A stretch of DNA of 60,416 nucleotides from an uncultured bacterium (GTDB taxonomy: Bacteria; Patescibacteriota; Minisyncoccia; Phycocordibacterales; UBA9973): assembly GCA_903838985.1 (NCBI GenBank), contig CAIMAO010000024.1:1-60416 (forward strand), written 5' to 3'. The notes beneath the pieces were generated by a model. That model had not been told where the DNA came from and searched no databases. It worked only from the letters and a program-made list of their open reading frames with translations. A program made the translations under genes and the position numbers. Below are positions 1-9,092 of the stretch, in pieces; position 1 is the stretch's first letter; each line of letters opens with the position of its first letter.

Positions 1-1249
1 GAAAAAATTCACCATATTTATATATTAATCCTCTTTTATCAACATATGGCATATCATCCATATGCTTTTTTATTTCTTCTACCGCCTTAAAGTAGCCTTC
101 TTTTGTGTATTGTTTATTTAAAATACAATATTGTTTTTTTTCTAAACCAATACAGCCAAAAAGATTTGAACTCGCAAAACAATCATAACAAAATTCGGAA
201 TTATTTAGTTGTCTCCAGCATTCATTTGAAAATAAAACAGAAGAACATTGTATGCCAATACTACAACTTTCATAAATTAATTCACTGGATCTTCCCCAGT
301 ATGTATAATCCATCACATCTTTTGCACCAACAATACTAAATAAGTATTTTCCCTCTTCAACCTTATTACAATTGAAAGAATTTTTAACATTTTTTGAACT
401 TTCTATCCAATTACCACTGACATTAGTGGAATGTTGTTCTATAAGAGATGGAAAAATATAATTCAATAAATTTTTTTCTACTTTTTCTATAATTTTATCT
501 AAGTTATTTCTATTTCGTAAATCAAATTTAGAAATTTCTAATAAATACTGTTCTCTTGTATATTGTTCATTAAAAATACAGTAATTTTTATTTCTTAAAT
601 TTACACAACCAAAACAATTCTGACAATTACGACAATCTCTCAAAAAATAAGAATCTATACAAGATTCACATTCTTGTGAATACTTTAAGTTATTTGAATT
701 ATAACAATCAATGCATTCATAGCATCTTTCACATTTCTGGATATTGTAACAATCTACAGAATCTTTAGAATCCCAAAAGTCTTTTCCATAGTAACAATTT
801 TCATTGTCAGCACTACCAAAAATTAAATAACAGTTTTTTAAATTTGTAACACGATTAGTATATTCACTGTCTTTAGAAAAACCTTGTTTTATTATCCCCA
901 ATCTTGGAACCTTGTTAAGTAAACTTTTCCATTGTTCAAAAAATGTTTTTGAGAAATCATATTCAATATAATAATCAAGTGCACTCCATTTATCACTAAA
1001 AAAACATTCAAAACAAAAAACTTTAAATGGACTATTTTTAGAATAAACTAATATTTTTTCCTCTTCACATAAATCACATCTTCTTTTATATAAGACTCTT
1101 TCATTTCTCCACATCATTCTTCTTATTAACCGACACTCCGGACACCATGTAGGTGGAGGAACTTTCATTTTCTCATAAAAATTAAAATCTTCGGGTTCAA
1201 TTAAAAAATTACCTTTACAGTTTTGGCAAATTCTTGTTTCAGAAGTCAT
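1..1249 (-). CDS. Cys-rich zinc-ribbon protein of a family common in CPR genomes (partial, runs off left edge)
   Basis: Read manually from ATG at 1249: MTSETRICQNCKGNFLIEPEDFNFYEKMKVPPPTWCPECRLIRRMMWRNER..., many CxxC pairs; not in ORF track, presumably because its stop lies outside the window. Confidence 0.8.
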   Translation of the reverse strand, partial: MTSETRICQNCKGNFLIEPEDFNFYEKMKVPPPTWCPECRLIRRMMWRNERVLYKRRCDLCEEEKILVYSKNSPFKVFCFECFFSDKWSALDYYIEYDFSKTFFEQWKSLLNKVPRLGIIKQGFSKDSEYTNRVTNLKNCYLIFGSADNENCYYGKDFWDSKDSVDCYNIQKCERCYECIDCYNSNNLKYSQECESCIDSYFLRDCRNCQNCFGCVNLRNKNYCIFNEQYTREQYLLEISKFDLRNRNNLDKIIEKVEKNLLNYIFPSLIEQHSTNVSGNWIESSKNVKNSFNCNKVEEGKYLFSIVGAKDVMDYTYWGRSSELIYESCSIGIQCSSVLFSNECWRQLNNSEFCYDCFASSNLFGCIGLEKKQYCILNKQYTKEGYFKAVEEIKKHMDDMPYVDKRGLIYKYGEFF

Positions 1250-1302
1250 ACATAAATTATACCAAAAATGCTAACTTTTTTAAAGTTTGTTATAATTAAA
1301 TT

Positions 1303-1752
1303 ATGTATATATTATATGCTTTAGTTGGGGCCATTATGGCTAGTGCTGGTACAATATTCGCAAAATTAGGCTTAAAAGGTATAGACGCCAATCTTTTGAC
1401 GGCTATACGTGGCATTGTAATGGCCATAATTGTGTCTATAGCCGCCTTATCCTTTGGTAAGCTCAATATGACATCTTTATCCACCCTTTCGACAAAACAG
1501 TGGATTTTCGTAGTTTTATCGGGTCTAGGAGGTGCGTTATCTTGGATTTTCTTTTATCAAGCACTCTCTGTAGGTCCTACTGTCGCCGTCACAGTTATTG
1601 ATAAATTATCAATCGTTTTCACTGCTATTCTTGCGGTCGTAGTTTTGACAGAAGGAATAACTTTTCAAGCAGGACTCGGACTTTTCTTTGTATTATTGGG
1701 AACATTACTCGTAGCTATTCCTTGGGAAAAAATTCAAAAACTTTTCTCATAA
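1303..1752 (+). CDS. EamA/DMT family small transporter
   Basis: 149 aa, hydrophobic helices, 'FAKLGLKGID', 'SWIFFYQAL..GP', 'IDKLS' motifs. Confidence 0.85.
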   Translation: MYILYALVGAIMASAGTIFAKLGLKGIDANLLTAIRGIVMAIIVSIAALSFGKLNMTSLSTLSTKQWIFVVLSGLGGALSWIFFYQALSVGPTVAVTVIDKLSIVFTAILAVVVLTEGITFQAGLGLFFVLLGTLLVAIPWEKIQKLFS

Positions 1753-1777
1753 ATATGAAACTTTTTCTGGACTAAAT

Positions 1778-1864
1778 AATAAATAGCATAAAATTTTTTC
1801 TGTCCGAGGGTCCCACTCGGTAATCCGAGAAGGGCGCAGGACAAAAAATTTTATGCTATTTATT
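1778..1864. repeat. Palindromic element 1 (long AT arms, GC-rich inner hairpin)
   Basis: aataaatagcataaaatttttt(c)tgtcc ... ggacaaaaaattttatgctatttatt; inner ctcgg-taat-ccgag. Confidence 0.8.
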
Positions 1865-1869
1865 TTTAC

Positions 1870-1981
1870 AAAAAAAACAAGAATAAGGTTTTTGCCGGTA
1901 CGGATTTTTTAAGCTTAAAAAATCCTGAAATTGGCTCGCCGTCGCTCGCCAAACCCCTTAAAAACTTTTTCTTGTTTTTTT
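1870..1981. repeat. Palindromic element 2 (branched)
   Basis: Arms aaaaaaacaagaa..ggtttt / aaaactttttcttgttttttt; inner ggattttttaagcttaaaaaatcc and ttggc...gccaa hairpins. Confidence 0.75.
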
Positions 1982-1987
1982 AATTAA

Positions 1988-2662
1988 TTATTTTAACAAA
2001 AATCTCAATGTAGAAACTACACGAATTTTTTTGTATTCAGGTGAACCTGGATCTTTGTCTGTAATATCAAACACCCCCTGACTTCCACGATTTACACTAC
2101 CAAGTGATGAACCAGATTCTTTCGCGAATTGTGAAGCTGAATCTTTGGCGTTTTTAATAGCTTCTGCTAACATTTCTGGTTTGACACTATTGATATCTGA
2201 AAATTCAAATGAAATAGCATTTTGACTCATTGTGATTCCTTGTTTAACTAAAAACAATGTATCTTTTGAAGTAGATTTAACTAGATCAACTTTTTTGGTA
2301 TAGACGGAAAGCTGAGTAGTAGAATTATATCTAAACAAAGCATCTTTATACGTATCTTGATAAATATTTACAGGAGCGACATTTATTTCTGATGCATCAA
2401 AACCTTTACTTACAAGAAAGTTTTGAATCGTCGTAATGTTCTTTTGAATATCAGCATATAGAGAATCAACATTATTTGATTTAACATCAAAATTTATTGA
2501 CCAAATAGCTGTGTCTGCTTTCACTATTTTTTCTGATAAACCTTTTACTTCTACATAAGCTCCTTGCTTTGAAAAATTTTGTGCAGCTAAAAAGAAAACA
2601 ACTGCAAAAACAACCACAGCAACACCCACAACCCAAGCACTATAAGTTTTTATATTTTCCAT
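1988..2662 (-). CDS. SIMPL domain (DUF541) protein
   Basis: N-terminal TM, 'VEVKGLSEKIVKAD.AIW', 'KPEMLAEA.KNA', 'KKIRVVST'. Confidence 0.85.
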   Translation of the reverse strand: MENIKTYSAWVVGVAVVVFAVVFFLAAQNFSKQGAYVEVKGLSEKIVKADTAIWSINFDVKSNNVDSLYADIQKNITTIQNFLVSKGFDASEINVAPVNIYQDTYKDALFRYNSTTQLSVYTKKVDLVKSTSKDTLFLVKQGITMSQNAISFEFSDINSVKPEMLAEAIKNAKDSASQFAKESGSSLGSVNRGSQGVFDITDKDPGSPEYKKIRVVSTLRFLLK

Positions 2663-2701
2663 AATTTCTATTATAACACGTTAATAATTAATAATTCTAT
2701 G

Positions 2702-3151
2702 TTATCTTTTCTCTTCTAACTCTTTTTCAAGATCATTTAGTTGATGTGATATTTCGACAACTTCATTTCTAATCTCTGATATTGCTCCTGTCTCTGCTTT
2801 TATTTCTTCTTCTGTTTTATCTGTGAATTTTTTTTCACCTTTAAGTCCCGATATTATTATTTCATTACCAATAAAACTAGAAACAAATAAACCACTTGGT
2901 AAAAGTAAAATGGCTCCAACAATTAAAGAAAGTGGGCCATCCCACCAAGCTAAATTACCCAAGTTTATCGTACCTGCTTGTGATTGATAATAGAAAATAA
3001 CTTCAGAAATAAAATCTGCTGTATGCCAGATACCTCGCCAAAAAACAACAATACCGACACTGCCAAGCAACGCATAAATGAAAGGATGATGACTCAACCT
3101 TGTTCTAATTTTATACTCTAGTTTATCAAAAAGATTATGTATAAATTTCAT
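2702..3151 (-). CDS. Conserved hypothetical membrane protein
   Basis: 149 aa, two TM segments, 'GIVVFWRGIWHTAD', C-terminal coiled coil. Confidence 0.7.
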   Translation of the reverse strand: MKFIHNLFDKLEYKIRTRLSHHPFIYALLGSVGIVVFWRGIWHTADFISEVIFYYQSQAGTINLGNLAWWDGPLSLIVGAILLLPSGLFVSSFIGNEIIISGLKGEKKFTDKTEEEIKAETGAISEIRNEVVEISHQLNDLEKELEEKR

Positions 3152-3173
3152 ATTATATTTACAAAACTAAAAT

Positions 3174-3296
3174 TTATTTACTTTTCTTCCCAGCCTTTTT
3201 TAAAAGCATTTGCTTTTTTATCTCAAGGCGTTTCTTGGTCTTATGTGAACGTCTTGATTTTTTCTTTGGACTAAGTGTTGTACTTCTTTTTGCCAT
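3174..3296 (-). CDS. Small, very basic 40-aa protein
   Basis: Read manually: MAKRSTTLSPKKKSRRSHKTKKRLEIKKQMLLKKAGKKSK; fills an intergenic gap and is co-oriented with its neighbours. Confidence 0.6.
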   Translation of the reverse strand: MAKRSTTLSPKKKSRRSHKTKKRLEIKKQMLLKKAGKKSK

Positions 3297-3406
3297 ATAT
3301 TTGACCGTCTATGACGGTAATCTTTTATTAATAATATACTTAATATTATACTCTAAAAATAGAGATAACTCAATCCGTCTTTATTTACTAACAAAATAGG
3401 TAAAAT

Positions 3407-3820
3407 CTATTTTATCCCATCAATAAAATTGTGATATTTTTTATCTTCTTTACCGATATGTCCTATCCACCAACCACCGAGATAAGTCTCTATCTCCATT
3501 ATGAGCTGATTAGAATCAATTTCTCCTTTATTAAATTTATCTTTAAATTTAAAATATTTTTCACTAAAATCTTCATGTTTCTTTTTGTGTTCTTCAAATT
3601 CTGGATAATTATGTATTTTCATATAATGCTCTTCATAAGAAAAATGATTTTCTATATATTTTTCAAAAAAACTAAAAGCCTCAGCGATTTCTTTGGAATC
3701 TACTCCGAGTACTAGCGTATCAATGATCTTATTTATTTGAGCTAATAAGCCTTGATGTTGCGTATCTATTTTATCCTCACCGACCGACATATCCCTTTTC
3801 CATTCAAAATGAATTGACAT
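3407..3820 (-). CDS. Bacteriohemerythrin
   Basis: 'W...MSVG...ID.QH', 'HFSYEE', 'YPEFEEHKKKH', 'HI...D' iron-ligand pattern. Confidence 0.9.
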   Translation of the reverse strand: MSIHFEWKRDMSVGEDKIDTQHQGLLAQINKIIDTLVLGVDSKEIAEAFSFFEKYIENHFSYEEHYMKIHNYPEFEEHKKKHEDFSEKYFKFKDKFNKGEIDSNQLIMEIETYLGGWWIGHIGKEDKKYHNFIDGIK

Positions 3821-3928
3821 AATAAATTAAAATTTAATTAATAATAAAAATCTCGTATAAGTATAATAACATAAATAAACAACAAAAAAACTACCTATAA
3901 AATAGGTAGTTTTTTTGTTTAATTATTA

Positions 3929-4306
3929 TTATTGTTTTGCAGGTGTTTTTACTGAAGTTGGTGTCTGATTTGAAACAGGGACTGGAGCTGTTTGTTTCTT
4001 GTCTTGAGCAGATACTGGCGCCCAATCATTACCAGCAGGAAATTCATTTAAATTAAAATTCCCTCTCATCATTCCAAAACCACCTCTCCCACCAAAACCA
4101 CGTTCTGATCTAATAGAGCCAGAAATTTCACCTAGCTTAAAACCAAAACTAAATATTATTCCAACAATAATAAGTTTTAGAATAATTTTTATTAAATGAT
4201 GTCTTCCTCCGTGACAATGCATACCATTCATAGATTGCATTCCGCAACAAGAACCACCCTTTTTGCATACACCTTCCTCACAAGCCTTTTTATCTAAATT
4301 TTCCAT
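3929..4306 (-). CDS. Hypothetical single-pass membrane protein with Cys/His-rich N-terminus
   Basis: 125 aa ORF followed by terminator hairpin aaaaaaactacctat-aaa-ataggtagttttttt. Confidence 0.65.
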   Translation of the reverse strand: MENLDKKACEEGVCKKGGSCCGMQSMNGMHCHGGRHHLIKIILKLIIVGIIFSFGFKLGEISGSIRSERGFGGRGGFGMMRGNFNLNEFPAGNDWAPVSAQDKKQTAPVPVSNQTPTSVKTPAKQ

Positions 4307-4439
4307 ATCTTTATATATTATTTATAATATCGACTTTGTTAATTTACGTATTTTAACACCTATTTGTGAAATCTTCATGAAGAATAACAAAAGCCGTTTC
4401 TTGAGATAAGATCTCCGAAACGGCTTTTTTAAATCAAGA

Positions 4440-4778
4440 CTAAACTCCAACTATTTGAGCAATGAAATTTTCACTAAAATCTTCAACCAAGTAGTCTTCT
4501 TCTTCAATCTTAAAACTTCTCTTGAGTTTATCAAGAATAGAATCTTTGTCTAATTCTGTTTCAAAATCAAAATATTGTACCCCGTTAAACCCTTCAAAGG
4601 ATGTGGAGAAAAGTATTTCCATTTCTTCTTTTAAAGAAGAGTCCCAAAAAATAATTTTTCTTACATCTTCTTTTAAAAAAAGAAAAATCAAAACATCATA
4701 TATTTTCTTATAAGAATATATTAATGAATTAATTGGTTCTTTTTCTCCCAGTCTTCTATTAACAAAAAGAACTTTCAT
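4440..4778 (-). CDS. Hypothetical protein
   Basis: 112 aa ORF, SD-like AAAGGA upstream, hairpin downstream (4390-4430). Confidence 0.55.
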   Translation of the reverse strand: MKVLFVNRRLGEKEPINSLIYSYKKIYDVLIFLFLKEDVRKIIFWDSSLKEEMEILFSTSFEGFNGVQYFDFETELDKDSILDKLKRSFKIEEEDYLVEDFSENFIAQIVGV

Positions 4779-4801
4779 TTTCAGATCCTTTCTTAAAAAA
4801 A

Positions 4802-5080
4802 TTAAAAATATTTAATGTAGGTTTGTACAAAACCTTTACCATTAGTATATCCTCTTAATATACAACGCCCCCTGAAAGCTTTCTCTTTCATCACACCAGG
4901 ACCATAATTCTCCCCTCTTCTTTCGAGAAGAACATCCCAAAGATTTTTTGCTTCAGTAATAGCATCATCTTCATTTTTTATACTATCAGTTGAAAGAAGG
5001 GTTTTTTCATTTTCTTCTCCTCCCTCTTCGTTATCATAGGTAAATCCTAAATAGGATCTTTCCTCAATCTCTTTTCCCAT
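4802..5080 (-). CDS. Hypothetical protein
   Basis: 92 aa ORF, SD-like GGAGAGG. Confidence 0.55.
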   Translation of the reverse strand: MGKEIEERSYLGFTYDNEEGGEENEKTLLSTDSIKNEDDAITEAKNLWDVLLERRGENYGPGVMKEKAFRGRCILRGYTNGKGFVQTYIKYF

Positions 5081-5195
5081 TCAGCACCTCTCCAGTTTTA
5101 TTAACTTAACAATTAACCAAATTTTATTCAAGAGAAATGATAACATATACACAATTTTTTGATAGTAAAAAAGTGGATAAATAAAAAAGCGTCCC

Positions 5196-5432
5196 TTATC
5201 GAGGACGCTTCAATTCAAAATTATTTAAAAAATCTCTAAACCTTTTCTTGCACTCTTTTTGTGTTAAGAACTCAGTGAGGGGATAATTTTCATCTAATAA
5301 TACAATACAATCATGACATAGATGTTTTTTCCGCCCTGTACCCTCATACCACTGTTGAGGATATTCATAATAGTCACGTATCCCCACCTTTTTTCTACAC
5401 TTTTGGCAACAAGGTCCTTTTTTCTCAGACAT
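5196..5432 (-). CDS. Hypothetical zinc-finger-like protein
   Basis: CQKC...CHDC pairs, 78 aa. Confidence 0.55.
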   Translation of the reverse strand: MSEKKGPCCQKCRKKVGIRDYYEYPQQWYEGTGRKKHLCHDCIVLLDENYPLTEFLTQKECKKRFRDFLNNFELKRPR

Positions 5433-5455
5433 GGAACTTCCCTTCTGGTTTAAAA

Positions 5456-5794
5456 TTAAACAAGACCCAAATCTGATCTCATTCCCGCAAAAGCAGGGTT
5501 AAATGAAATCAAGGAAGAATGAATCTTTTTCAGAAAAAGAAAATTTCCAGGGCCTTTTTCATTCAATTTATTATAATTAGCCTGAAACATATCCTTATAA
5601 TCTGATAAAAATTTCGTTTGTTCATCAGAAATAGCAAATGGAATCATTCCTTCTATCAAGAAAATAAGCCTCTCCAGGGCTTTAAGAGTTAAAAGAAGCT
5701 TCTTTGAATAATTCATCTTTATTTCCTTTTTTTCCTTTTCGTATTTACGATATGTCTCAAAAAATTCTTCTTTCATATCTAAAAAACTTTTCAT
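5456..5794 (-). CDS. Hypothetical protein
   Basis: 112 aa ORF, SD-like GAAAGG. Confidence 0.55.
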   Translation of the reverse strand: MKSFLDMKEEFFETYRKYEKEKKEIKMNYSKKLLLTLKALERLIFLIEGMIPFAISDEQTKFLSDYKDMFQANYNKLNEKGPGNFLFLKKIHSSLISFNPAFAGMRSDLGLV

Positions 5795-5941
5795 AGTAAA
5801 GAACCTTTCTAAATAAATAAAAAATAATTAATTAAAAATTCAATGTTATTTATAACATTTTTGAGATAAAAAGTAAATAGTTATCTCTTTCCTTTCAAAT
5901 CTCTTCTTGCTATCTAAAATTAAATCAGATAACCTTATAAT

Positions 5942-6577
5942 ATGAACGAGCTCACTATCGGAATAATTATCATCATAATTTGTACTTTAGGATACATCAG
6001 CAACTGGCTAAATTGGCGTTTTTTGAATTATAAAATAAACCATTTATTATATTATTTTGGAACTTTCATTCACGAAAGCTCTCATGCTCTGTTGTGTATT
6101 TTAACTGGAGCAAAAATTAGTGAATATAAAATTTTTACAGAACAACCACATGTTTCTTATTCTAATTCTAAATTGCCAATTATCGGAAACTTGTTAATAT
6201 CCACTGCCCCTATGTTTGGTGGATTAACTCTCCTCTTTTTTATCAATAAATACTTTTTATTAGACACATACATAATGCCCCACTTTTCTGATTGGCATTT
6301 TTTTCTTTCAGATTTTTTAAATTTTATAAAACAAATAGACATCACTCAATGGAAAAATTTAATTACAATATTTTTATTATTAAATATTGGAGCAATGATC
6401 GGACCATCTTGGCAAGATCTAAAGAACGTATGGATTTTAATCCTAATTTTAGCTTTTATCCCTTGGTCATTTTTTACACCATTAGGACTTTTTGCTATTT
6501 CTTTGATTTTGTTAGCAATACTTTTTCAAGTATTTTTAATAATTTTAATTTCAATAATTAAATTTTTTATCAAATAA
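5942..6577 (+). CDS. M50-like membrane metallopeptidase
   Basis: HESSH (HExxH) in a hydrophobic context, 'STAP' and 'PS.QD' motifs. Confidence 0.7.
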   Translation: MNELTIGIIIIIICTLGYISNWLNWRFLNYKINHLLYYFGTFIHESSHALLCILTGAKISEYKIFTEQPHVSYSNSKLPIIGNLLISTAPMFGGLTLLFFINKYFLLDTYIMPHFSDWHFFLSDFLNFIKQIDITQWKNLITIFLLLNIGAMIGPSWQDLKNVWILILILAFIPWSFFTPLGLFAISLILLAILFQVFLIILISIIKFFIK

Positions 6578-6579
6578 AA

Positions 6580-7488
6580 CTAGTTAGGCTGAGTATCTCC
6601 TGGGGCGAAACCAAATACAACTTTTTTTATTTGAGGAAATTGTAAAAGAGTTTTTTCTACCAATGGATGTATTCTCCCAATACTGACAGAAACTCCAGCC
6701 CATCCATCTAAATCAATATTGAGTAATACATATGCTGTGTCGCCTTGTATTTTAAAATAAGAAACAGATGCTTTCGTTTGTGTAATTAACTCTCCCGCAG
6801 CAGCATCAGCACTTGCCCTAATAATGTCAGTAGTATAAGGAATGCTTAATATTTTTTTTACAAAAAGCCATTTATCTAATGGATTTTTACCTCCTTCCTG
6901 TAAATAATTAGTCATAGCTTTGTTGTAAGCATCAATATTTTCAGGCACTAAAATACTTATATCAATTTTTTTGACAAATGATTCGCAATCAACTTGTGAC
7001 ATTTGAAATCCTGGAGTAAGTTTAGTCATATCTTTATATACATATACTCCATCTCCTCTATCTACCATCTCACCAAATAATGCAACAGCACTGCCTTCAC
7101 CAAATTCAATATTTAATTGTTCTTTTACATTCATACCCTCAGCTGTTGAATCCCACCAAACGTCAGCAATGCGTCCACTAATTTTTGGATCCATTGGTCC
7201 AACAGTACCTATAAATTTACCAACCTTGCTATCTTTTTCTGCGGGAAGATTTTGATATTCACCACTCACGTTTTCACCTTGAATATTCATTTTTAACCAA
7301 GCTCTATCACTATATCCACTCAATGTTTGTTGCAAATACTGATAACACATATCGATAGATTTAACAGGAACAACATCAACGACTTTCATTTTTTCATTTT
7401 GTTTTAACAAAAAGAAATATGCTATTAAAATAGCAACAAAAATAAAAACATAAATCAAATATTTTTTCATATTCATATAATACAACAT
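6580..7488 (-). CDS. Hypothetical membrane-anchored exported protein
   Basis: N-terminal TM; C-terminal 'EKTLLQFPQIKKV' is GerMN-like; true start probably a few codons downstream. Confidence 0.65.
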   Translation of the reverse strand: MLYYMNMKKYLIYVFIFVAILIAYFFLLKQNEKMKVVDVVPVKSIDMCYQYLQQTLSGYSDRAWLKMNIQGENVSGEYQNLPAEKDSKVGKFIGTVGPMDPKISGRIADVWWDSTAEGMNVKEQLNIEFGEGSAVALFGEMVDRGDGVYVYKDMTKLTPGFQMSQVDCESFVKKIDISILVPENIDAYNKAMTNYLQEGGKNPLDKWLFVKKILSIPYTTDIIRASADAAAGELITQTKASVSYFKIQGDTAYVLLNIDLDGWAGVSVSIGRIHPLVEKTLLQFPQIKKVVFGFAPGDTQPN

Positions 7489-7507
7489 TTAAATTAACTT
7501 CTAAAAT

Positions 7508-7660
7508 TTATTCTAGTGGATTTTGTCCACGAATAACACGAATTAAAAATAAAATTACAGCCACTACTAAAAGAATATGAATAAATCCCCCTAAAACATG
7601 AAAACCGACAAAACCAAAAACCCATAAAACTAATAAGATAAATGCAATTGTTGTAAGCAT
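7508..7660 (-). CDS. lmo0937-family small membrane protein
   Basis: Read manually: MLTTIAFILLVLWVFGFVGFHVLGGFIHILLVVAVILFLIRVIRGQNPLE. Confidence 0.8.
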   Translation of the reverse strand: MLTTIAFILLVLWVFGFVGFHVLGGFIHILLVVAVILFLIRVIRGQNPLE

Positions 7661-7744
7661 ACATACAATGCCGTTTTAACAATAAAAATATTACAAGTAT
7701 CTATATACTAAAATATTCTTCAAAAAATGATTATTCTAAAAATC

Positions 7745-8302
7745 TTAAAAAGATTTAATTACTTCTCTAAATTGATGTGCCGTTGGATCTAATTTAAGAT
7801 ACAAAGATTTTCCAACTGATGGCACAACCGCAAAACTTTCTCCAACTTTTCTATCAGCATAGTTAACAACTAAAATATTATTCTCTTTCAATTCTGTTGT
7901 TTGTGGAGCTATCCTATCTCCTAAAAAGACTGCTTCACTTCCGACTTTTCCATCTACTCTATCGAGTAAAGCAACGGCATAATAGAATACTCCACTACCA
8001 CCCGTTTCCTGAGTCAACAAAAATGCTAAATCTTCTCTGCCATCATTGTCAAAATCACCAACAATATCATTACCAAAATATTTAGTAACTATTTTTGAAG
8101 CAGAACCCGGGGCTGCTTCAACCTCCGAGATGCCATTCTTTAAGGCAACCTTTTGTCCTCCTATTGTATATACACCATCATGTAGATTAATTTGAATACC
8201 ATTTCCATTATAGATATCATCATCAATAAAATTAAATTTATATATACCCAAACCTAAAATTATTAAAACTAAAATTGCTAAAAGTATCAATGTTTTTTTC
8301 AT
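7745..8302 (-). CDS. Hypothetical exported protein
   Basis: N-terminal TM, 'GDFDNDGREDLA', 'GGSGVFYY', 'FLGDRIAP'. Confidence 0.7.
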   Translation of the reverse strand: MKKTLILLAILVLIILGLGIYKFNFIDDDIYNGNGIQINLHDGVYTIGGQKVALKNGISEVEAAPGSASKIVTKYFGNDIVGDFDNDGREDLAFLLTQETGGSGVFYYAVALLDRVDGKVGSEAVFLGDRIAPQTTELKENNILVVNYADRKVGESFAVVPSVGKSLYLKLDPTAHQFREVIKSF

Positions 8303-8340
8303 ATCTCAAGTATACACTAATTTTCATTTTTAAATTCATT

Positions 8341-8371
8341 CTCCTGTTTCAAACTTGGGAGGATGTTCAAA
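8341..8371 (+). repeat. Cassette junction site S1 (degenerate)
   Basis: ctcctgtttcaaacttgggaggatgttcaaa. Confidence 0.85.
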
Positions 8372-8374
8372 GGG

Positions 8375-8989
8375 CTATTTTATCTGATCCTCTTTAGAAG
8401 AAACAAATTCTTTAAATTTTATAACATCATCCTTAGAACCTAATATGTGTATTTGTTCAGGGGTTCTAATTTTAATTTGAACGCCTTCATTAGTTGTACT
8501 TGAAGATTCTATAGCACTATCATATTTGTATAATGGTGCTTCGTCAATTGAAAAAAGATTTGTATTATAAAAATCACGTCTTTCTTTGTCATATATTTCT
8601 TTTTCTTCGGTAGTTGCATCTACTTTTGGTAATATTAATGGGTTTTTAGCATTTACAATTACTTTATAAGTAAAATTTCCAAAAGCGGTTGATTTTATGG
8701 GGGAATATGAAAAGTATGTACCAAAATGACTATTTCTAAATTTTTCTATTGCACCATCCCTACTACCATGATAAACAATATCCTTTATTTTACTATCAGG
8801 AAATATTGTATCAAGATAAGCTGAATATTGTTGTTGTGTTCCAATATTAGCTAACTCAGGATTAGATTCAAATAATTCTGCTACACCTTGTTTTATTACT
8901 TTCTGTTCAAGGTTTTTTTCTAGTTTTAAATTAAGCTGCTTTGGAAATTCCCCTATCATAATAAAATTATACCTTATGTTCGAACTCAT
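8375..8989 (-). CDS. Cassette gene: hypothetical, possible ADP-ribosyltransferase-like fold
   Basis: 'YLDTIFPDSKIKDIVYHGS...TYFS...QIHILGS'; fold assignment tentative; real start probably MIGEF. Confidence 0.55.
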   Translation of the reverse strand: MSSNIRYNFIMIGEFPKQLNLKLEKNLEQKVIKQGVAELFESNPELANIGTQQQYSAYLDTIFPDSKIKDIVYHGSRDGAIEKFRNSHFGTYFSYSPIKSTAFGNFTYKVIVNAKNPLILPKVDATTEEKEIYDKERRDFYNTNLFSIDEAPLYKYDSAIESSSTTNEGVQIKIRTPEQIHILGSKDDVIKFKEFVSSKEDQIK

Positions 8990-9034
8990 ACAAAGGCAGG
9001 CAAAATAACCATTGTAAAATATGGCTTAAAATTT

Positions 9035-9061
9035 TACTCCGCACTTGGGAGGATGTTCAAA
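9035..9061 (+). repeat. Cassette junction site S2
   Basis: tactccgcacttgggaggatgttcaaa. Confidence 0.85.
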
Positions 9062-9092
9062 TATCCATAATAAATAATAAAGAAAACTATAT

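Noticed and set aside
7494-7682. 62-aa ORF in the track
   Set aside because: Wrong frame; the overlapping 7508-7660 frame encodes a recognisable lmo0937-family protein.
8976-8985. ATGTTCGAAC partial match to the right end of the repeat
   Set aside because: Only ~9 bp, with no core or GGGAGG; could be chance.
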